Below, one piece after another: positions 34,401-48,404 of a stretch of DNA of 64,000 bases. The position numbers and the translations under genes are program-made. The notes under the pieces are model-generated. The model was not told the DNA's origin, did no database searches, and saw only the letters and a list, made by a program, of their open reading frames with translations. The number at the start of each line of letters is the position of its first letter. Positions within the stretch are counted from its first letter, which is position 1. The DNA is taken from contig JAAILG010000529.1 in NCBI GenBank assembly GCA_012026655.1, positions 1 through 64,000 of the forward strand, in the 5' to 3' direction. The stretch is from Hydrolagus affinis. Taxonomy: Eukaryota.

Positions 34401-34891
34401 AGATTGCGCTTTACGTAATCTGTTGTTTGTAGGCTTGCTGCCCACTGCAGCTGGGTGATGTACGAATTTTTTTAAAAAAACACACAAAAACAAGCAGGGA
34501 ATGAATGTGTTTTTGCTACCCGGCACAACACAAGACTCATCTACGTGTGCTATGTTGTGTGAAAGCCACCTGTACCTTCAAAGCATTGAAACAGAGGCTT
34601 GCCAAATGTGAAAACACCTCATAGCAGGAAAGGTACAAGTGTTTGCAAAGGCTGCTTTTTTAAAAAAAAATCAATTAAAAGGACAACTAAAACATTCTAG
34701 TAAATGGATTTGGAATAATTAGTGTTGGTTGAACACACTGCCATGTAACAAACTGGCTTGCTGCAGCAAAACAGAATTACTTCATCAAAAATTCAGTATG
34801 AGATAAAATTTTCGCCCACAAATATAGTCAATTTTCCTACTCTTCTTCATCCTGCCCCGACCCCTCCCCCCTTGCTCTTGTCCCTACCTAA

Positions 34892-34960
34892 CTGTACAGC
34901 GCCTTGGGACGTCCTCTCGACGTGAAAGTCGCTATATAAATGTAAGTTTTGATTTGATTT
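34892..34960 (+). mobile_element. L2-type LINE extreme 3' end
   Basis: tgtacagcgccttgggacgtcctctcgacgtgaaagtcgctatataaatgtaagttt followed by (GATTT)n. Confidence 0.75.
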
Positions 34961-36629
34961 GAAAATGTATAGAACCCGTCCAGTTCAAAGCTCATTTACG
35001 TCTAGAGGATACACTGAGCCAGGATTTCTGACATTCTTGAAGAAGGGTTTCATTGTGAAATCTGCATCAACAAGTGCAGCCTCTGTGATCACACACAGGC
35101 ACGTGCTGTGTGCAGTCTCACACCCAGCAATCATTGATTGGTATTACATTATTTTATTTTAGCGAAGTGAAAAGAACGTGCACTTTCATAGTGTCCTATA
35201 TCAAAAAGTCTCTTAGTTAATTCCTGTCAAATACAGTTACTGCATTCGTCGGCAAATATAGCAACCACGTGTGTCATTTTGTTTTGACTTCAGTGATTAG
35301 GATCATCTTAAAACTCTCTTAATGATAGATCACTTGCAATCCCTGTTCACGAAAACAAACTGTTTATTTGATGAGGTATTTTGAAAACTAATGCAGTAAA
35401 TCTTGTGTGGCTTTGACTACTTGTAATTCTGTACACAATTGTTTACCTTTAATCTGGCCAAAGGGTTACATCAAACTATTTGGAAGGAATGAAGAACATC
35501 CAAAATTCTGCAAAACCTTGCACTTGACTTTAAATTCAAAACAAATCATTTTAGATCCAATCTTATCAATCTCTGCTGGTAGAACGGAAAATCCAGCTGC
35601 ACGAGTCTATCGCCTTATAGCAATGCCGATTTATCTTTAAGATGAATGATTATTGGTTTTGTGTGAAGTGGCAGTGAAACAGATCTGCCCTGTGGTCCAG
35701 CATTTCAGCTAAATGGAATTAAATTACACACTAGGCACGGTTGTGACAGTTATGAGGTTCTAGTGGTCGGCTATTCAAATTGGGACGATCCATTCAACGA
35801 AACAGTGCAGTCAATTTCACAGAAGCAAATGCCTGAGGCAGGTCATTCAATGGCATTCACAAAATCCTTTAATACATTGATAAAAAAAATCAAGCGACTG
35901 CAAAATGTACAGGTACCATTCTTAGAATTGGCAAATTATTAAGAAAGACACTGGCATTTAAAGAGGTGCCAGCCTTGTTTCCCGGCTTGGAAAAGAGCAA
36001 TTTTGTACACACTGCAGTTCTTTAAAGTTAGTACTGTACTAGTAGACATGTAAATATCTCACAACTATTACAAAAAAGATTTTCGACCTTTGTATAGCGA
36101 TTAAATGTTAAAAAATGGCCAAAATGTTCTACCAGGACCTCACAAACTATTACAAAAACAGAAGGTACTGTACACTGTGAATCCAAACACAAATTGCCCT
36201 TTTTAAAACAAAACAGAAAAAAAAGTGTTTGTATAACTTTCAAAAGACCTTTAAAAAACTGACAGGCCAACCCATTCTCTCTGAACCCATCATAGCTTGT
36301 CTCTGCTTTTAAAACAGCAATCTTCGCCCGTATTATAGGTGGAAATTGATTGCTTGGAAATTCTTACCAACAATGCCAGCTGAAGACACAAAGAACACAA
36401 AGTGGAAAGATACAGGTGCTTCATAATCCTAACAATTCCTCACATTATTGCTCTACAGAGATGGGAAGATTATCCAGTCACACCATTTATCCTCTTGTAA
36501 AAGGCAAGTGCAAAATGGGGTAAACATTCATCAGAACTCCCTGCCACCCCACCAGCTCAGAACTCCACCACTGACAGGCGCTATAGCAAATGGAAGGATT
36601 ATTATTACAGTATTATCATCAACACCAAG

Positions 36630-36884
36630 CATAAGAACATAAGAAGTAGGAGCAGGAGTAGGCCATTTGATCCCTCGAGCCTCCCCACCATATAATAAGA
36701 CCGTGGCTGATTGTCTATCCTATTTCCATTTACCCACCCTATCGCCATATCCCTTAATCCAGTTAGCTTTTAAAAAACTATCGATCTCAGACTTGAATAT
36801 GTTCAATGACTGAGCATCCACTGCCTTCTGGGGTAGAGAATTCCCAAAAATTCACTGCCCTCTGAGTGGAGAAATGTTTCCTCA
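36630..36884 (-). mobile_element. CR1 LINE 3' end
   Basis: cataagaacataagaagtaggagcaggagtaggccatt...ggggtagagaattccc...ctctgagtggagaaatgtttcctc. Confidence 0.88.
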
Positions 36885-38036
36885 ACCCTTTTACATATCT
36901 GGAAGCGGGAAGCAATAAATATGCAGGAAAGCATTTGTCTACTCATAAAGGGAGTTTGGTGGTTCTGAGGTTGTGAGTGTTTTCTTATTCAAAAAAGACT
37001 CCGGCAGCAACATTGGGACGGAGAGAGGGAGTGAGGAACAACAAGAAATAGAATAGGAAGAGAGGATGTATGTCTAACTGCAATAATGGGAAAGCTTCCT
37101 GGTAGAACAGTCAAGGGAATTATTTTCCAATTCTGTTTGGAATTACGAGTTAAATATGTGGCTTCACATTCCATTTATTAGCCGTTAGAATATTTAGGTT
37201 TTGGTAATGATGGGGCTGGAGGTTCTTAAACGCCTAAAGAATGGACTCGCACCAGAAATCAGGCTGAAAGATTAATTGTATCTCAGGCCTATTCATCATC
37301 CACCTACTTTGCACTGACATATGCTGCCGCGTGATTCACAGACAGTACCTGTCACACAGCAAACAGTTCAGCACATTTACAAGTCTACAAATCTGAAGGG
37401 CAAAAGTTTTCAGGTGCCAGGTGCAAAATTGCTTCTACAACTAGATGGCATGACTATTTTGCCCCGTGATCCAGAAAAAAATCAGCAGTTTTGTTGGGAA
37501 TGAAAGTAACTTGGATTCTAATTCAACGTGGGGTAGGGATTGTCAAAGTGATGGGCTTTTAAAAGTCTTTTTTAGAGCAGGGAAAGAGAGATTTGGAGTG
37601 AGTGTTGTGTCTGATGGGTGTTATTTAAGACTGGTCAGGTGAAGAAATCTAATCAGATCTGGACCAAAGAGAATTGAACAAGAAATAGGAAACGTTTGGG
37701 TAGCATGAGTGGATGTGGAGTTTTTAAAGTGACTCGATAATTTAGCATACATTTTCAGTCAACGAGGCATTGGGTTGTATTTTAAGGCCAATGCGATTTT
37801 AAACCATTCATTCCAACCGTTTATGGATAAGTGGAGAGCTTGTTTGTATTTAAGATATTTAATGCAGCTTGGTCAACTTAAAAACGGACAAGAAAAATGG
37901 ATAAAATGAGGAAGACAACGTGCAAAGACACCAGAAGGAAAATGAGGAAAATCAGAGAAGTAAGCGATAGCAGAGGGAGGAATGATGGAAACCACTAGAG
38001 AAATAACAACAAGCAGCAGTACTGTACGAATGAATG

Positions 38037-38136
38037 NNNNNNNNNNNNNNNNNNNNNNNNNNNNNNNNNNNNNNNNNNNNNNNNNNNNNNNNNNNNNNNN
38101 NNNNNNNNNNNNNNNNNNNNNNNNNNNNNNNNNNNN
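38037..38136. other. Assembly gap (100 N)
   Basis: Run of N; true length unknown. Confidence 1.
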
Positions 38137-40769
38137 GATTAACAAAGCTGTGTTGCCTAGGAACAATGTGATCTCGATGCATGATACAGCAATGCCCTGA
38201 TGAACAACCACAAGGTGTTCATCAATTATTTTTAAAAATAAAAATAATAAATTATAAATTTAGCTCAAAGGGTTTACTAAGTGCAAGTTACCAAATGATT
38301 TTCCAACATGGTTTCCACCAACCACACTTAGCAATCACTCCAACATGCTCTTTTGCGTGAAAATGCTATTTAAATGCAAGTTGTTGCTCAATGACATGTT
38401 AGGAGCAATATTTCACCGAAGCAATAGGAAATCTATTTCAGTAATTCGATTATTAAATGTGAGTTCAAATGACTGAGAAGTTGGTTATTTGTTCCAAACA
38501 GATCGATAAAGTGCAGTAATTTTATTAGAATATCAATTGAACTATGGTATCATTAGTGCCTTCAAAGTACGTAAAATGTAAAGGACATAATACAGTAATT
38601 TTCTACCATTAATTGGCTTTAATAACCTAGTTCTATTACTGTCATTTTAAAAGCTATGCTTTATTGCTCCTTTGACAGACTATGTATAATCTCCTTCTGC
38701 TTTGCATGCAATAATCTTGCCCAGCAGGGAAGAGGATACTCAGTGGGTAGCAATGGCACACCGTGATTATCCCTGGAGCGATGAAGACCAAGTTCTGAAG
38801 GTCTTTGTCAAGAGTGGGATAAGCAATTTATCCCACAGTAATCCATGGAGCATTCCATTTTGATACATGAGAATTGTATTTTTTTAATAGAAAAAAAGAA
38901 AAGAAAATAAAAAAGTTTACAAACATCGCTATTCATTTTACAGTACTTCCAATGGGAAACAGGATACACGGTTGTGTGTTTCATAGCAAAGAAACGCAAT
39001 TTGAAGAAGACCTAAGATCTTGATATTTGCTGCATCCTAAAACCAAGTGTTATGCTAATTTCCTGTGAACTGACCGGTTCTCAACAAGTGCAGCTGGGTG
39101 GAGATGAATTGCTAACATTTGCTCCTAAGCCAAAAAGCCCATGAGCAGCAAACAGCTGTTTGTTGAATAGAAATGGACAAAATACCGTTCTTGCTTCCAA
39201 ATTTTGCAAGCGTGCTCATTACCACTGTCAACAACCTCCGAGGAGAATTTGATGCAAAAGTTACGTGCTCATAAGGGGTTAATCTTTTCTCATCTTAAAA
39301 CTCTTGAGCTCTTCGGTAAATTAAGAAATCTCCGCGTTGCTAGGTTGACAATTAAATTGATGGGTGTGGGCAAAAATCAAATCTAGTACATAAAAACTGG
39401 GCCGCAAGGAACAGAATCTAATTGTAAGGAGTGGGTCATTCCACTGAACCACTCTGCCACAATTACTGAAAGGAAATGTTTTAATTTAGAGCAAAGGCCT
39501 CCACCATGCCCCCCTCAAAGCAGGTAATTAGACTTCTCTGAGCACTAAAGTACCATGCAGAAACACACATGTGATCCCCTGCAGGTGGGGAAATGAATGG
39601 GAACCAAATTGCAGCCCTCGGTTTTGTCTCCGAATTGAAGAAGCACGAAGATGATAAAATTAGTACTCTAACAACACACTGGCTTCCTTCGCCTGACCAT
39701 CTTCCTGGCTCCTCTTTTCACGCCAGGTGTGAGGGAAATTGATAAAACAGTTGTGCATAGATATGCGTGAACAAGATAGGAGGCTTGAAACTAACTGTCT
39801 TCGATTGTAAGAATAATTTGCCATGAAATTTAAGAATACAATTTTAATTTGAAAGCTGCCTTTCCATTGTTAAAACTAAAACACAGAATTTTGAGGTCAA
39901 GGACCTTGTGAAAATGAACAATTTTTTTGTACCAGCTTCAGCTAATACAGTATGTATTCCAGTGAAGAACATTTCCCTTCTATTTTTCATTAAAAAGTGC
40001 TTCTTGCCGCACAATGGACAGATATGATCAGCATCTTGCACCTCTAAAGCACTGATTTGAATAAGTCACAACAGGAATACTAGTTGACTTGCCCTCTAAT
40101 TATCTATCTGGCTGCACTGCTCATCTCTGATCTCTAGGGTCTAATATGGGATTCCTCAATAAACAAAGGGCAAGGACGTCTGCTAAAGAATTGACCTTGT
40201 GGGAACTGCTCTGAAAGCAGATTGTGTTAGAGCAAAATTCTTCCAAGTTAGTGTGACACATACTTCTCTTTTTTCCTGTCAATTATTAAGACTGTTAAAA
40301 TATTATCTTGTTACCCTCCATTGTTCTGCTAAAATCCGCTTGTTGCATTCAATCCTAAAGTGTGTAAATTGGGCTTGTGGGCTCATAAAATCCAATGCAC
40401 AAGTCACCACTCAAAGATGGCGTGAAAATCATTAGCGTGAAAACCTGGGAGGCTTCTGGTGTGAGTAATTTCCTAGGTAGCTGTCCCGGTGATCAAGTTA
40501 TAGGTAGAAATTTAATGGGAGACTGTATCTGACTTTGCAGTTGAATCTCAACTTCCACAGCTAGTTTACTAAATGTCTGCAAGGCTATTTCATTTTAAAG
40601 TAACACTCAAGGCAAATGTTCTGATCTTGACCATGAAATTGGACGAAGATACAAGATGGTGGCTAGACATCTGCACTCAGGAAGAAGTGGAAAAAAAGAG
40701 TCATGATGATAAACACAGCCGTGAGGAGAATGATTAACTTAAGACGCCAGGAGAAAATATTTCCCTGTA

Positions 40770-40972
40770 ATATCATGGGATGTTTAGGGTTCACTGTGAA
40801 CAGGCATCTGGATGGGATAACAGCCGAATGTCTCGTTTGAAGGACAGCACTTCTGACGAGGTAGTCCCGTCCATTACAATACTGGAGTCAACCTGGCCTA
40901 AGAACTCAAATCTCAAAGTGGTATTTGAACTCACAACCTTCTGACCCAGAGGCTACCAACTGAGCCGAGCTC
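40770..40972 (-). mobile_element. Old tRNA-headed Deu-SINE 5' half (SacSINE1-like)
   Basis: gaaggacagcacttctgac...tttgaactcacaaccttctgacccagaggctaccaactgagcc. Confidence 0.7.
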
Positions 40973-43448
40973 ACAAGAGGAAATTACTCCCACGACATCA
41001 GAAGCTCAGTGCCAGATCCCTCCCATTATCAGAGAGAAAAGTGGAACCTTTCAGCTTGTGGCACAAGTAAAGTAACATACTCTAGGCTATAAGCTTGAAA
41101 GGCTCTGCAAACTTTTTATTTCCTTCCCAATGACCAAGCATAAAATTATCTTAGTTTTAAGTAAAAATCTTGCACAACTGTGCTTTGAAGCATACGGCTT
41201 AGTTACACGGGATTAGGGAGCACAAGATTTAAGTTAATTATGCTTGTTATTTTGCAAATTAAAAGTCAAGTGTGGAAGGGTTTAGTCATCTGTGGTAGGT
41301 AGTTTTCACTGTAATCTTCCAGCCATTAGCATAATTAAATGTAGGGACAACAGTTGTCTTGGAGCACGTGGCAAGGTTGAAACAAAAATTTGAATGCTCT
41401 AATACCAAGATCATATTACAACTGAGTCTCGTATTATCATCATTGGACATCCAGGCATGTGTGACATCCTCCGATGGTGAAATAAACATCAATTTGTATT
41501 GTAATTGTTTACAATTCAACTTGTTTAGAATATCATTTTTGGATACTTGAAAGATATCAACCAGATTAGTATCTGATAGTCACCTTAAGTCTTGAATATA
41601 TAAATTTGTTTTTTGGAATATGTACACAGATGCTCTAGTTACCAAATAACTTTGTTACCTAAATTGACGGCATTATTGTTGAAAGCAGCTAAAAGATGAT
41701 TAATGTGAAATCAACCCCATGGGTCCTTATTAATATTCATAAGATTAACCTCATTGTTAGGGAACATTCATCAAGTATGACATTGGGGGTGATGGAGTAA
41801 AAATTACTGAAAAGCAAGCAATACTATAAACGATTTCATTAATATTTTAATTAATTAGCCCTTTTCTCATAGTAATGCACCAAAAAATTAATTTTGTAAA
41901 CTCCAAAGTGAAAGTGAGGACCAAATGCTATTGATTTGTTACCGTGATTAAATTTACAAAAAAAACTTTCGGGATCAATTAGTGGATTTCTAACATTCTT
42001 AGTAAAACACGCTTTTTAATATTGTGTGCAATATTCGTGGTCCTATTATATAAAGAAAAACCATGGCAACATAATGAGTGGAGCTAAAGCAGTTGCAATT
42101 TCCCCAGGTGTGTCTGTTAATATGGTAACTCGAAAACACAATTGATAATGCACGAATGAATTGGAACTTTACTGAAGGTATTATCACGTTAGTGTAGACT
42201 GAGAGGATCACGGATCTTTTTTTTTAAGTGATATCAAAGCAAAAACAAATTTAGTATTTATGCAACACTGACGAGAGACTACAACAACAAATTGCATTAA
42301 TGTAATGCCTTTCACATCAGGAAGTCATCCCCAAAACTATTGTAGGGCAATCCAGAGGTTCACCTTTAACCTATACATCCAGCAGTGATCAAGGCCATGT
42401 AGCTTGTTGGCTTTCTTAAATGAATACTCATTGACTGAAGCACCTGAGTTAAGTGAGGAATCCAACAAGCCGAGATAATAGGATCCTTTCCTGCAGGTAG
42501 ATTCTATCGCTGTTTTAGAACCAACAGACCGCTTAGAGACTGAATTTCAGCTCTTTTACATAGTCAGCCCAACAGAGGCAGACCCACATGTCAGATTCCG
42601 AAAGAATCTGTCAAGCAGCTCAAGAGAATGCAGACAAAACATTGAATGGATGAATAGACCATCTACAAATGTTGCTCAAGCGAGTTCACAATAAATTGGG
42701 TTATTCAGCACCTCATTTACACTGCTAGCTGGACGCCTTATGAACCCAGCATCCACAACAACAAGTCTTTCTCATGAACAGTATGGTCAGGCTGACTTTA
42801 GCATGGAGAAAAGCAACCCAGCTCTTGTAGAAATGTTTTATGATGCGTTTGATAGTGAGAAGCAGCATGTACATCACGTAGACCGATATCGAGGTGTCTT
42901 TTACTGAAGCTGAGGTTTTACTGAACTCGGAGGTTCAAACATAAAGACCTGCCATTGAGCCAGAAAACAAAATTCTCAATCGGATTCATAACTGGACCCC
43001 AAAATAAGTGACATACTAAACAATTCAACAAGGTGATTCTTTTTTAATAAGGGAAAAATGTATTAGAATATAGAAACGCACAATAAACTTAAATTTAAAT
43101 GGAAAATCAATCTCCTGAAAGGTGGTCAAAAACAATCACTATGTTCATACCAAACTGGGTAAATCTCTAGAATTGACTGACTGGGTTAGATAAATAATAA
43201 TCTTTGCATTTGATATACAGTAATGCCTTATCACAACTTCTCAAAGTGCTTCGCAGAATATACTGTAAAGAGGATTGGCTCTCCACTTTATAGATGGGTG
43301 GGTGGGGAGAAAAGGGGTGGGTGAAAAATCATTATCAATATGTTATCTGCACAAAAAAGAAATAATTTGTGGGGGAGGGAGAGAAGGTCTTCACATTTCA
43401 TGGTAACTAACTGATCAGCTTGTTGAAATATGTGCAGACCACAATAAT

Positions 43449-43753
43449 AGAATATACCGTGAAGTGAATTGACTTTATATTTTTTGTGGGTGAAATGTGG
43501 CAGCTAATTGAGCACAGCAGTGTGCCACAAATGTAGATTGAGTGACCAAATTTTATTTAATTTTTTTCTTGAGGGATTATTTTCAGCCGTGTGGAGTAAG
43601 AAAACTTGACTAAGGTTTCCTCCTGGGCTGGGAATCGAACCCTGGCCGTGAATCTCTCACTTGGCTTGCGACGTCCTCCCTAGTGAAAGGCGCTATACAA
43701 ATGTAATTTTGTTGTTGTTTCGAGTGCTCTAACCACACTGAGCTAGAGAATCC
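43449..43753 (-). mobile_element. tRNA-Deu SINE interrupted by an opposite-strand L2-type tail (about 43670-43720)
   Basis: Core and B-box ggaatcgaacc, then gacgtcctccctagtgaaaggcgctatacaaatgtaattttgttgttg, then the head resumes cgagtgctctaaccacactgagcta. A detached tail lies at about 43195-43280. Confidence 0.85.
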
Positions 43754-45241
43754 AATCCAGGTGATCCAATTGCGATCGTGGTAGTAAATAATTTGATGTA
43801 CTCTAGTTGCTTTGTGTCTTTAGATCTCTTTTGTTAGCCAGATTGTTATTCTAAGGTCATAGCATGTTCCACCTCCCCCACAGAAACTGGAATAATTCCA
43901 ACAAACTCAATAGCAGTACCTTCTTTGCAAACTGGTCCCTGATCAAGTCGTGCCCCTCTCCTCGGGCACTTGCTCCCACTGTTACATTCATTACTACAAG
44001 CAGCACTTTTCCATTCCCTGTGGTGTCTGCATTAGCAGAAATGACACCAAAAAAATTGTAATAATAGAAACAGCCTTTCTAAACACAACCAGCAGACCTA
44101 AAAAGCACCTTGTCTGGAAGGTGTAAATATATTTTCCACATAAATAATGGTGAAAATAGGCCATTATCCTAGAACTGCATTCAGTTCCTCCTAAACTAAT
44201 GTTCTGTTGCTTTTACAGGAGATTTTGTCAATAGACAGACTGCGATTTAGAATGGTCTATTGAGAGGTAGAGACAGAATGGAAGAGACACACACACACAA
44301 GGCTATTATATAATATAGGACAAGAAAACCCGCCCCATGTTATAATGCAGTTTTGGATGTATAAAATTTGTCCTTGCAGGATTATAGATCAGAGAAAAAT
44401 AATGGATGCTAGTCCCACTTCCATGTGATCAGGTTGCTGCTATAATGACATCCGGCCTGATTGGCTAGCCTCCTGTGTATCTTCACACTGCGGAGGAAGC
44501 CAGCTGCAACCGCTTACTCTCACGAATGTTTGTAGCAGTGATTTTTCCTGGTGACTGGAGTCTACCACTTTCCAGCGAGGCACTTTATAACAGGTTCACT
44601 AACTGTCCTGTATGTGTAAACTCATGTGCAAATCTGGTTGCATTGTATGCCAGGAGTTAAGCATTTTGTAAATGCATGTGTAGGAAGATATTCCAGTTTT
44701 CTTTACCTATGTAATTAACCAATATAAATGATTGCAGTACCATATTACTAAGACAGCTAACTCTGTATGTACCCAGTCTATAAAGCTCAGTACCACACCA
44801 GGTAAGCATCTACCCACTAAGTCATCAAGAAAATTATTAGATATTATTATTATAACAGTAAGAAGCTTAAACAGATTTGTTCAAAGGAAAAATAAATCTG
44901 GCCCATTAATAGATTTTGCTGGCCAATAATCCAATTAAACTGGATCTCATCCGCTAATCTAGTGTCAGTTTCACTTTGGACATTTAAATGAATAGCTAAT
45001 TTACACACACACAAAGTTGAATATGACTCCTATTTATTCAGGGTTTGAATACATAACTATTACCTCCACATGTGCCAATTATATCAAAGTAATGCCTCTA
45101 TTCCGTGTTAAGTAAAGCACCCACGACTGTCACCATACCATCTCATTATTTCTGAAAAGCAGGGCTAGGATGACCACTTGCGTATCGGCTGAACATGAAC
45201 AGCAAATGACTGACAGTCCATCAGAGAAATGAATTGCTTAC

Positions 45242-45331
45242 CAGATCCCAGTCTATACTGCGGAAGAAGGTGTGAGACTGGATATCTGCAAATCCAGTCT
45301 GCGAATGGCATCCAAGTCGCTCTTTAGGGTC
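45242..45331 (-). CDS. PRKCZ: PRKCZ exon 16 equivalent, 90 bp
   Basis: aaacag|GAC ... CTG|gtaagc. Translates [30 protein letters not shown]. Confidence 0.97.
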
Positions 45332-47545
45332 CTGTTTAGGAATACATTTATCGCAATTAAGATGCGTGGAGGTGACGGTGTTTGGCTGAACATTGTTATG
45401 ACCATACAATCCACTTGTGATATAGTTCTCAGTTCTAACACTCTCTTAAAAATACGGTCTTGCAAACGTTCTCAGTTAAAATCTACTGAACCTTTGTCGC
45501 TTGGACTTTCAATGACTTCTGCAAAAGAAGAGTGACAGAGCCACAATTGAGATAGGAACAGAAACGGCGGGCACTTTGGGGTGGCAGGAGAAGGGGGTAG
45601 GAGGGTGGCGCTGTTGGGAAATTTCCTCGTCTTAGCCAGTATAAATAATTTTGTCTTAAAAATTTAAGAAATGTGAAAAAATGCCTGTCTTAATTTGGAC
45701 GTGGGTTCTGTATAAGAACTGCAGAGAATCAGCTCCAAAATTAAAATTGAACTTAAGAATGTTTCACAATTCTGCACCAGCTTAAAGTTTAAGAAACAAA
45801 TGGTCTCATGGGCTGAGAGTCTGTGAATATTTGGGCCTCTGTTGCATATGTCAATGCTGACATATAGACAGCTTCCCCAAGAGAAAAGGACCATTGCTCA
45901 GTCCAAAAGGGGAGGACTTTGGAACACTCTCACTGGAGGCACGCCACTATTCCCTCCTTTAATAATCCATTTCTCCAGCATCTGTTAAGAGTCCAAAATT
46001 CCCAAATGGTTCAATTTGCTCAGAGCATAATACATCCAGTTAATTATTTTGGACAGCATTAATGTAAGTTGAGTATTGTAGGAAACTAATTTGATCCCTT
46101 ACAAATACCTTTCCATTGTTTCTGCAAGGTCTTTAAGCTTGAGCTCATTGGCCCAGAACAAGGTTAAGTTGTGCCCCAGTAAATTATCTGGCCTGACCAG
46201 AACAGCAAATAAAGTTAACTTGCAGCATAATTAATCTGAATTTGATTGGCGACTGTGGCAAAGAGAACTAGACTAATAGATAATTAAGAAAGTCAGTTTT
46301 TTTTCACAATGCATTGACTGGTGACTTAGTTCATTCCAAGCACATGAAACAGAACTTTTTACTGAAAGATTTACACATCAATACAATGCAAACTTCAAAA
46401 CAATTAATTTATATCCAAAGCAGAAAATTGTGGTGGATAACCTTGTACATTTGGTCTGGCTGTCCCAACAAAAAGTGATTGACCATTTGAGAATCACATT
46501 ATTTATATATTTCTTGCTGCAGCACACCTAATAATTAAAGTTCAGGTCCTATTGAGGCCTGAAAAATGATCATGGCCTTAATAACCTGTAGACCAATATC
46601 TTCAAATTTACGATTACGCAGAATTATGGATAATCTTATATTCACTGTTAATTTTGAAGCTGTTTCTCTGCTTTTCTTCTTCTATTGGATGTTACCTGAT
46701 GCCTCCCACAGCTGAATAGCTATTCCGTGACAACAGAGGCCCTAATGACATCCGTGGAACTGCACCCACCACTATGAATTGTGACCTCTGGTTAAACGAA
46801 TATTTTATCTATTTTACGAGCAGAAGCTCACAACAGCCTCGAAGAAAAGCTCTACAACATGTGGAAAACCAAGATATGAATAACCCTTTTGCCCATGTTT
46901 CCCAGGTAATTTAGCACGTGGGATGGAACAGTTTTAGTAAACGCATCTGCAATGTAACACAATCAATTCATGGTCTAGTTAAATAAACAATCAAATTATT
47001 TATTGATAGCCAAAATAATAATGTCATGCAAAAACATTCCCACTGAGTAGAGGATATGTGGAAGAGACGCCCAGAGAAAAAAAAATAGCAGCTAATGCTG
47101 TGTTGATTAACCCTTCAAAAAGACAGCTGAATAAATACCTGGTCGTGGCGAGGATTGAAGTTATTGGGATAACTAAAGACTAAGATGATCAAATGAGCTT
47201 TGGAACAATGGCAGTGGATGCACGGGTAGATACCCGACGGCCTCCTACTCGAGCATTAGGGAGGAGATGTAGCAGGACTTTCTGTAGGTTGTGTCATGGA
47301 GCCCAAGACAGAACAAATGATATGCCTTTAATAGACCAAGTGATCTTTTCTTGATCTATGCTTTCTTATCCCATGCCCAGTAAAGAAGTAGGTTTTAGTG
47401 ATGAGTTTACTACAGGCCAAATGGCATCAGCTTTACAAGTACCATTAGATCAGTCCTCTTTCTTCCCCTTTCCCAACTTACAACTGGTGGGCAAGAGGCC
47501 ACAATCTAATTTGAACCGAGGATTGCACATTTATCAGTCTCTTAC

Positions 47546-47625
47546 CTTATTTAAAAATCCCTTCAGAACACTGGCTGCTTTTACTGAAAGGGATCTGGGG
47601 ATACGAATAGGCTTCTCCAGAATAA
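47546..47625 (-). CDS. PRKCZ: PRKCZ exon 15 equivalent, 80 bp
   Basis: tcctcag|TT ... AAG|gtaaga. Translates (V)[26 protein letters not shown]. Confidence 0.97.
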
Positions 47626-48190
47626 CTGAGGATTAAAAATAAAATCTATTAGTTTAGATTCTACATCCTGTGACCATAATTCCAAAATCATTTTCTCTTC
47701 TTCCAGTCTCTTTGTTGCAAGCTGCTCAGAGTCAAGTCTACATCAAACAATCAGAGAATATTTATAGTGTCGATGGAGGGAGGCACATTATCTTTGCTCA
47801 TTTGGCTGAGTATTGGAGTAGAGGCCACAAGATTCCTAAGGATCTGAAATCCCACCTGATCGTAATCTTAAAACCAATGACGCAAAATTAAAATTGTGCA
47901 GAACTGTGGAAAAGTTTGAAATTCAATCTCAATTTGAAAGCCGATTTTTTTGAAGAATGTGGGCAACCCAGCTTCGAAATTAAGACGAAATGTAAAGGTT
48001 TCCAAAATTCAGCGCACATTTAAATGTTAAAGCAGTCTAAGGCTCTGGTGGGAATTTAAGGCTTCTGGTATCTACTCAGCCCATCACACTTTTAGGCTTT
48101 TGGTTGAATGGAGCAGAAAAATGGGGAGGAAGCGAGGATCGTGCAAAGCGTTATACGTAGCTGGAATAAAGCTTTCCCTTATTTGCTCAC

Positions 48191-48310
48191 CTTGAAAGAG
48201 GTAATCCTCTGTGTTCATGTCTGGATTGTCCGTGATAATGTCAAACGGTGATCTTCCAGCCATCATTTCGAACATCAACACTCCAAGTGCCCACCAGTCC
48301 ACACTGAAGC
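48191..48310 (-). CDS. PRKCZ: PRKCZ exon 14 equivalent, 120 bp
   Basis: ctgtcag|GC ... CAAG|gtgagc. Translates (G)[39 protein letters not shown]; [11 protein letters not shown] is zeta-type rather than iota-type. Confidence 0.98.
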
Positions 48311-48404
48311 CTGACAGCAACAGAAGAGACCAATAAGCAATCTGCTTCACTAAAATAAAACCTCTTCCCCTTTTTTTGCTGCCTATATAAGACGCCTTCA
48401 TAGC

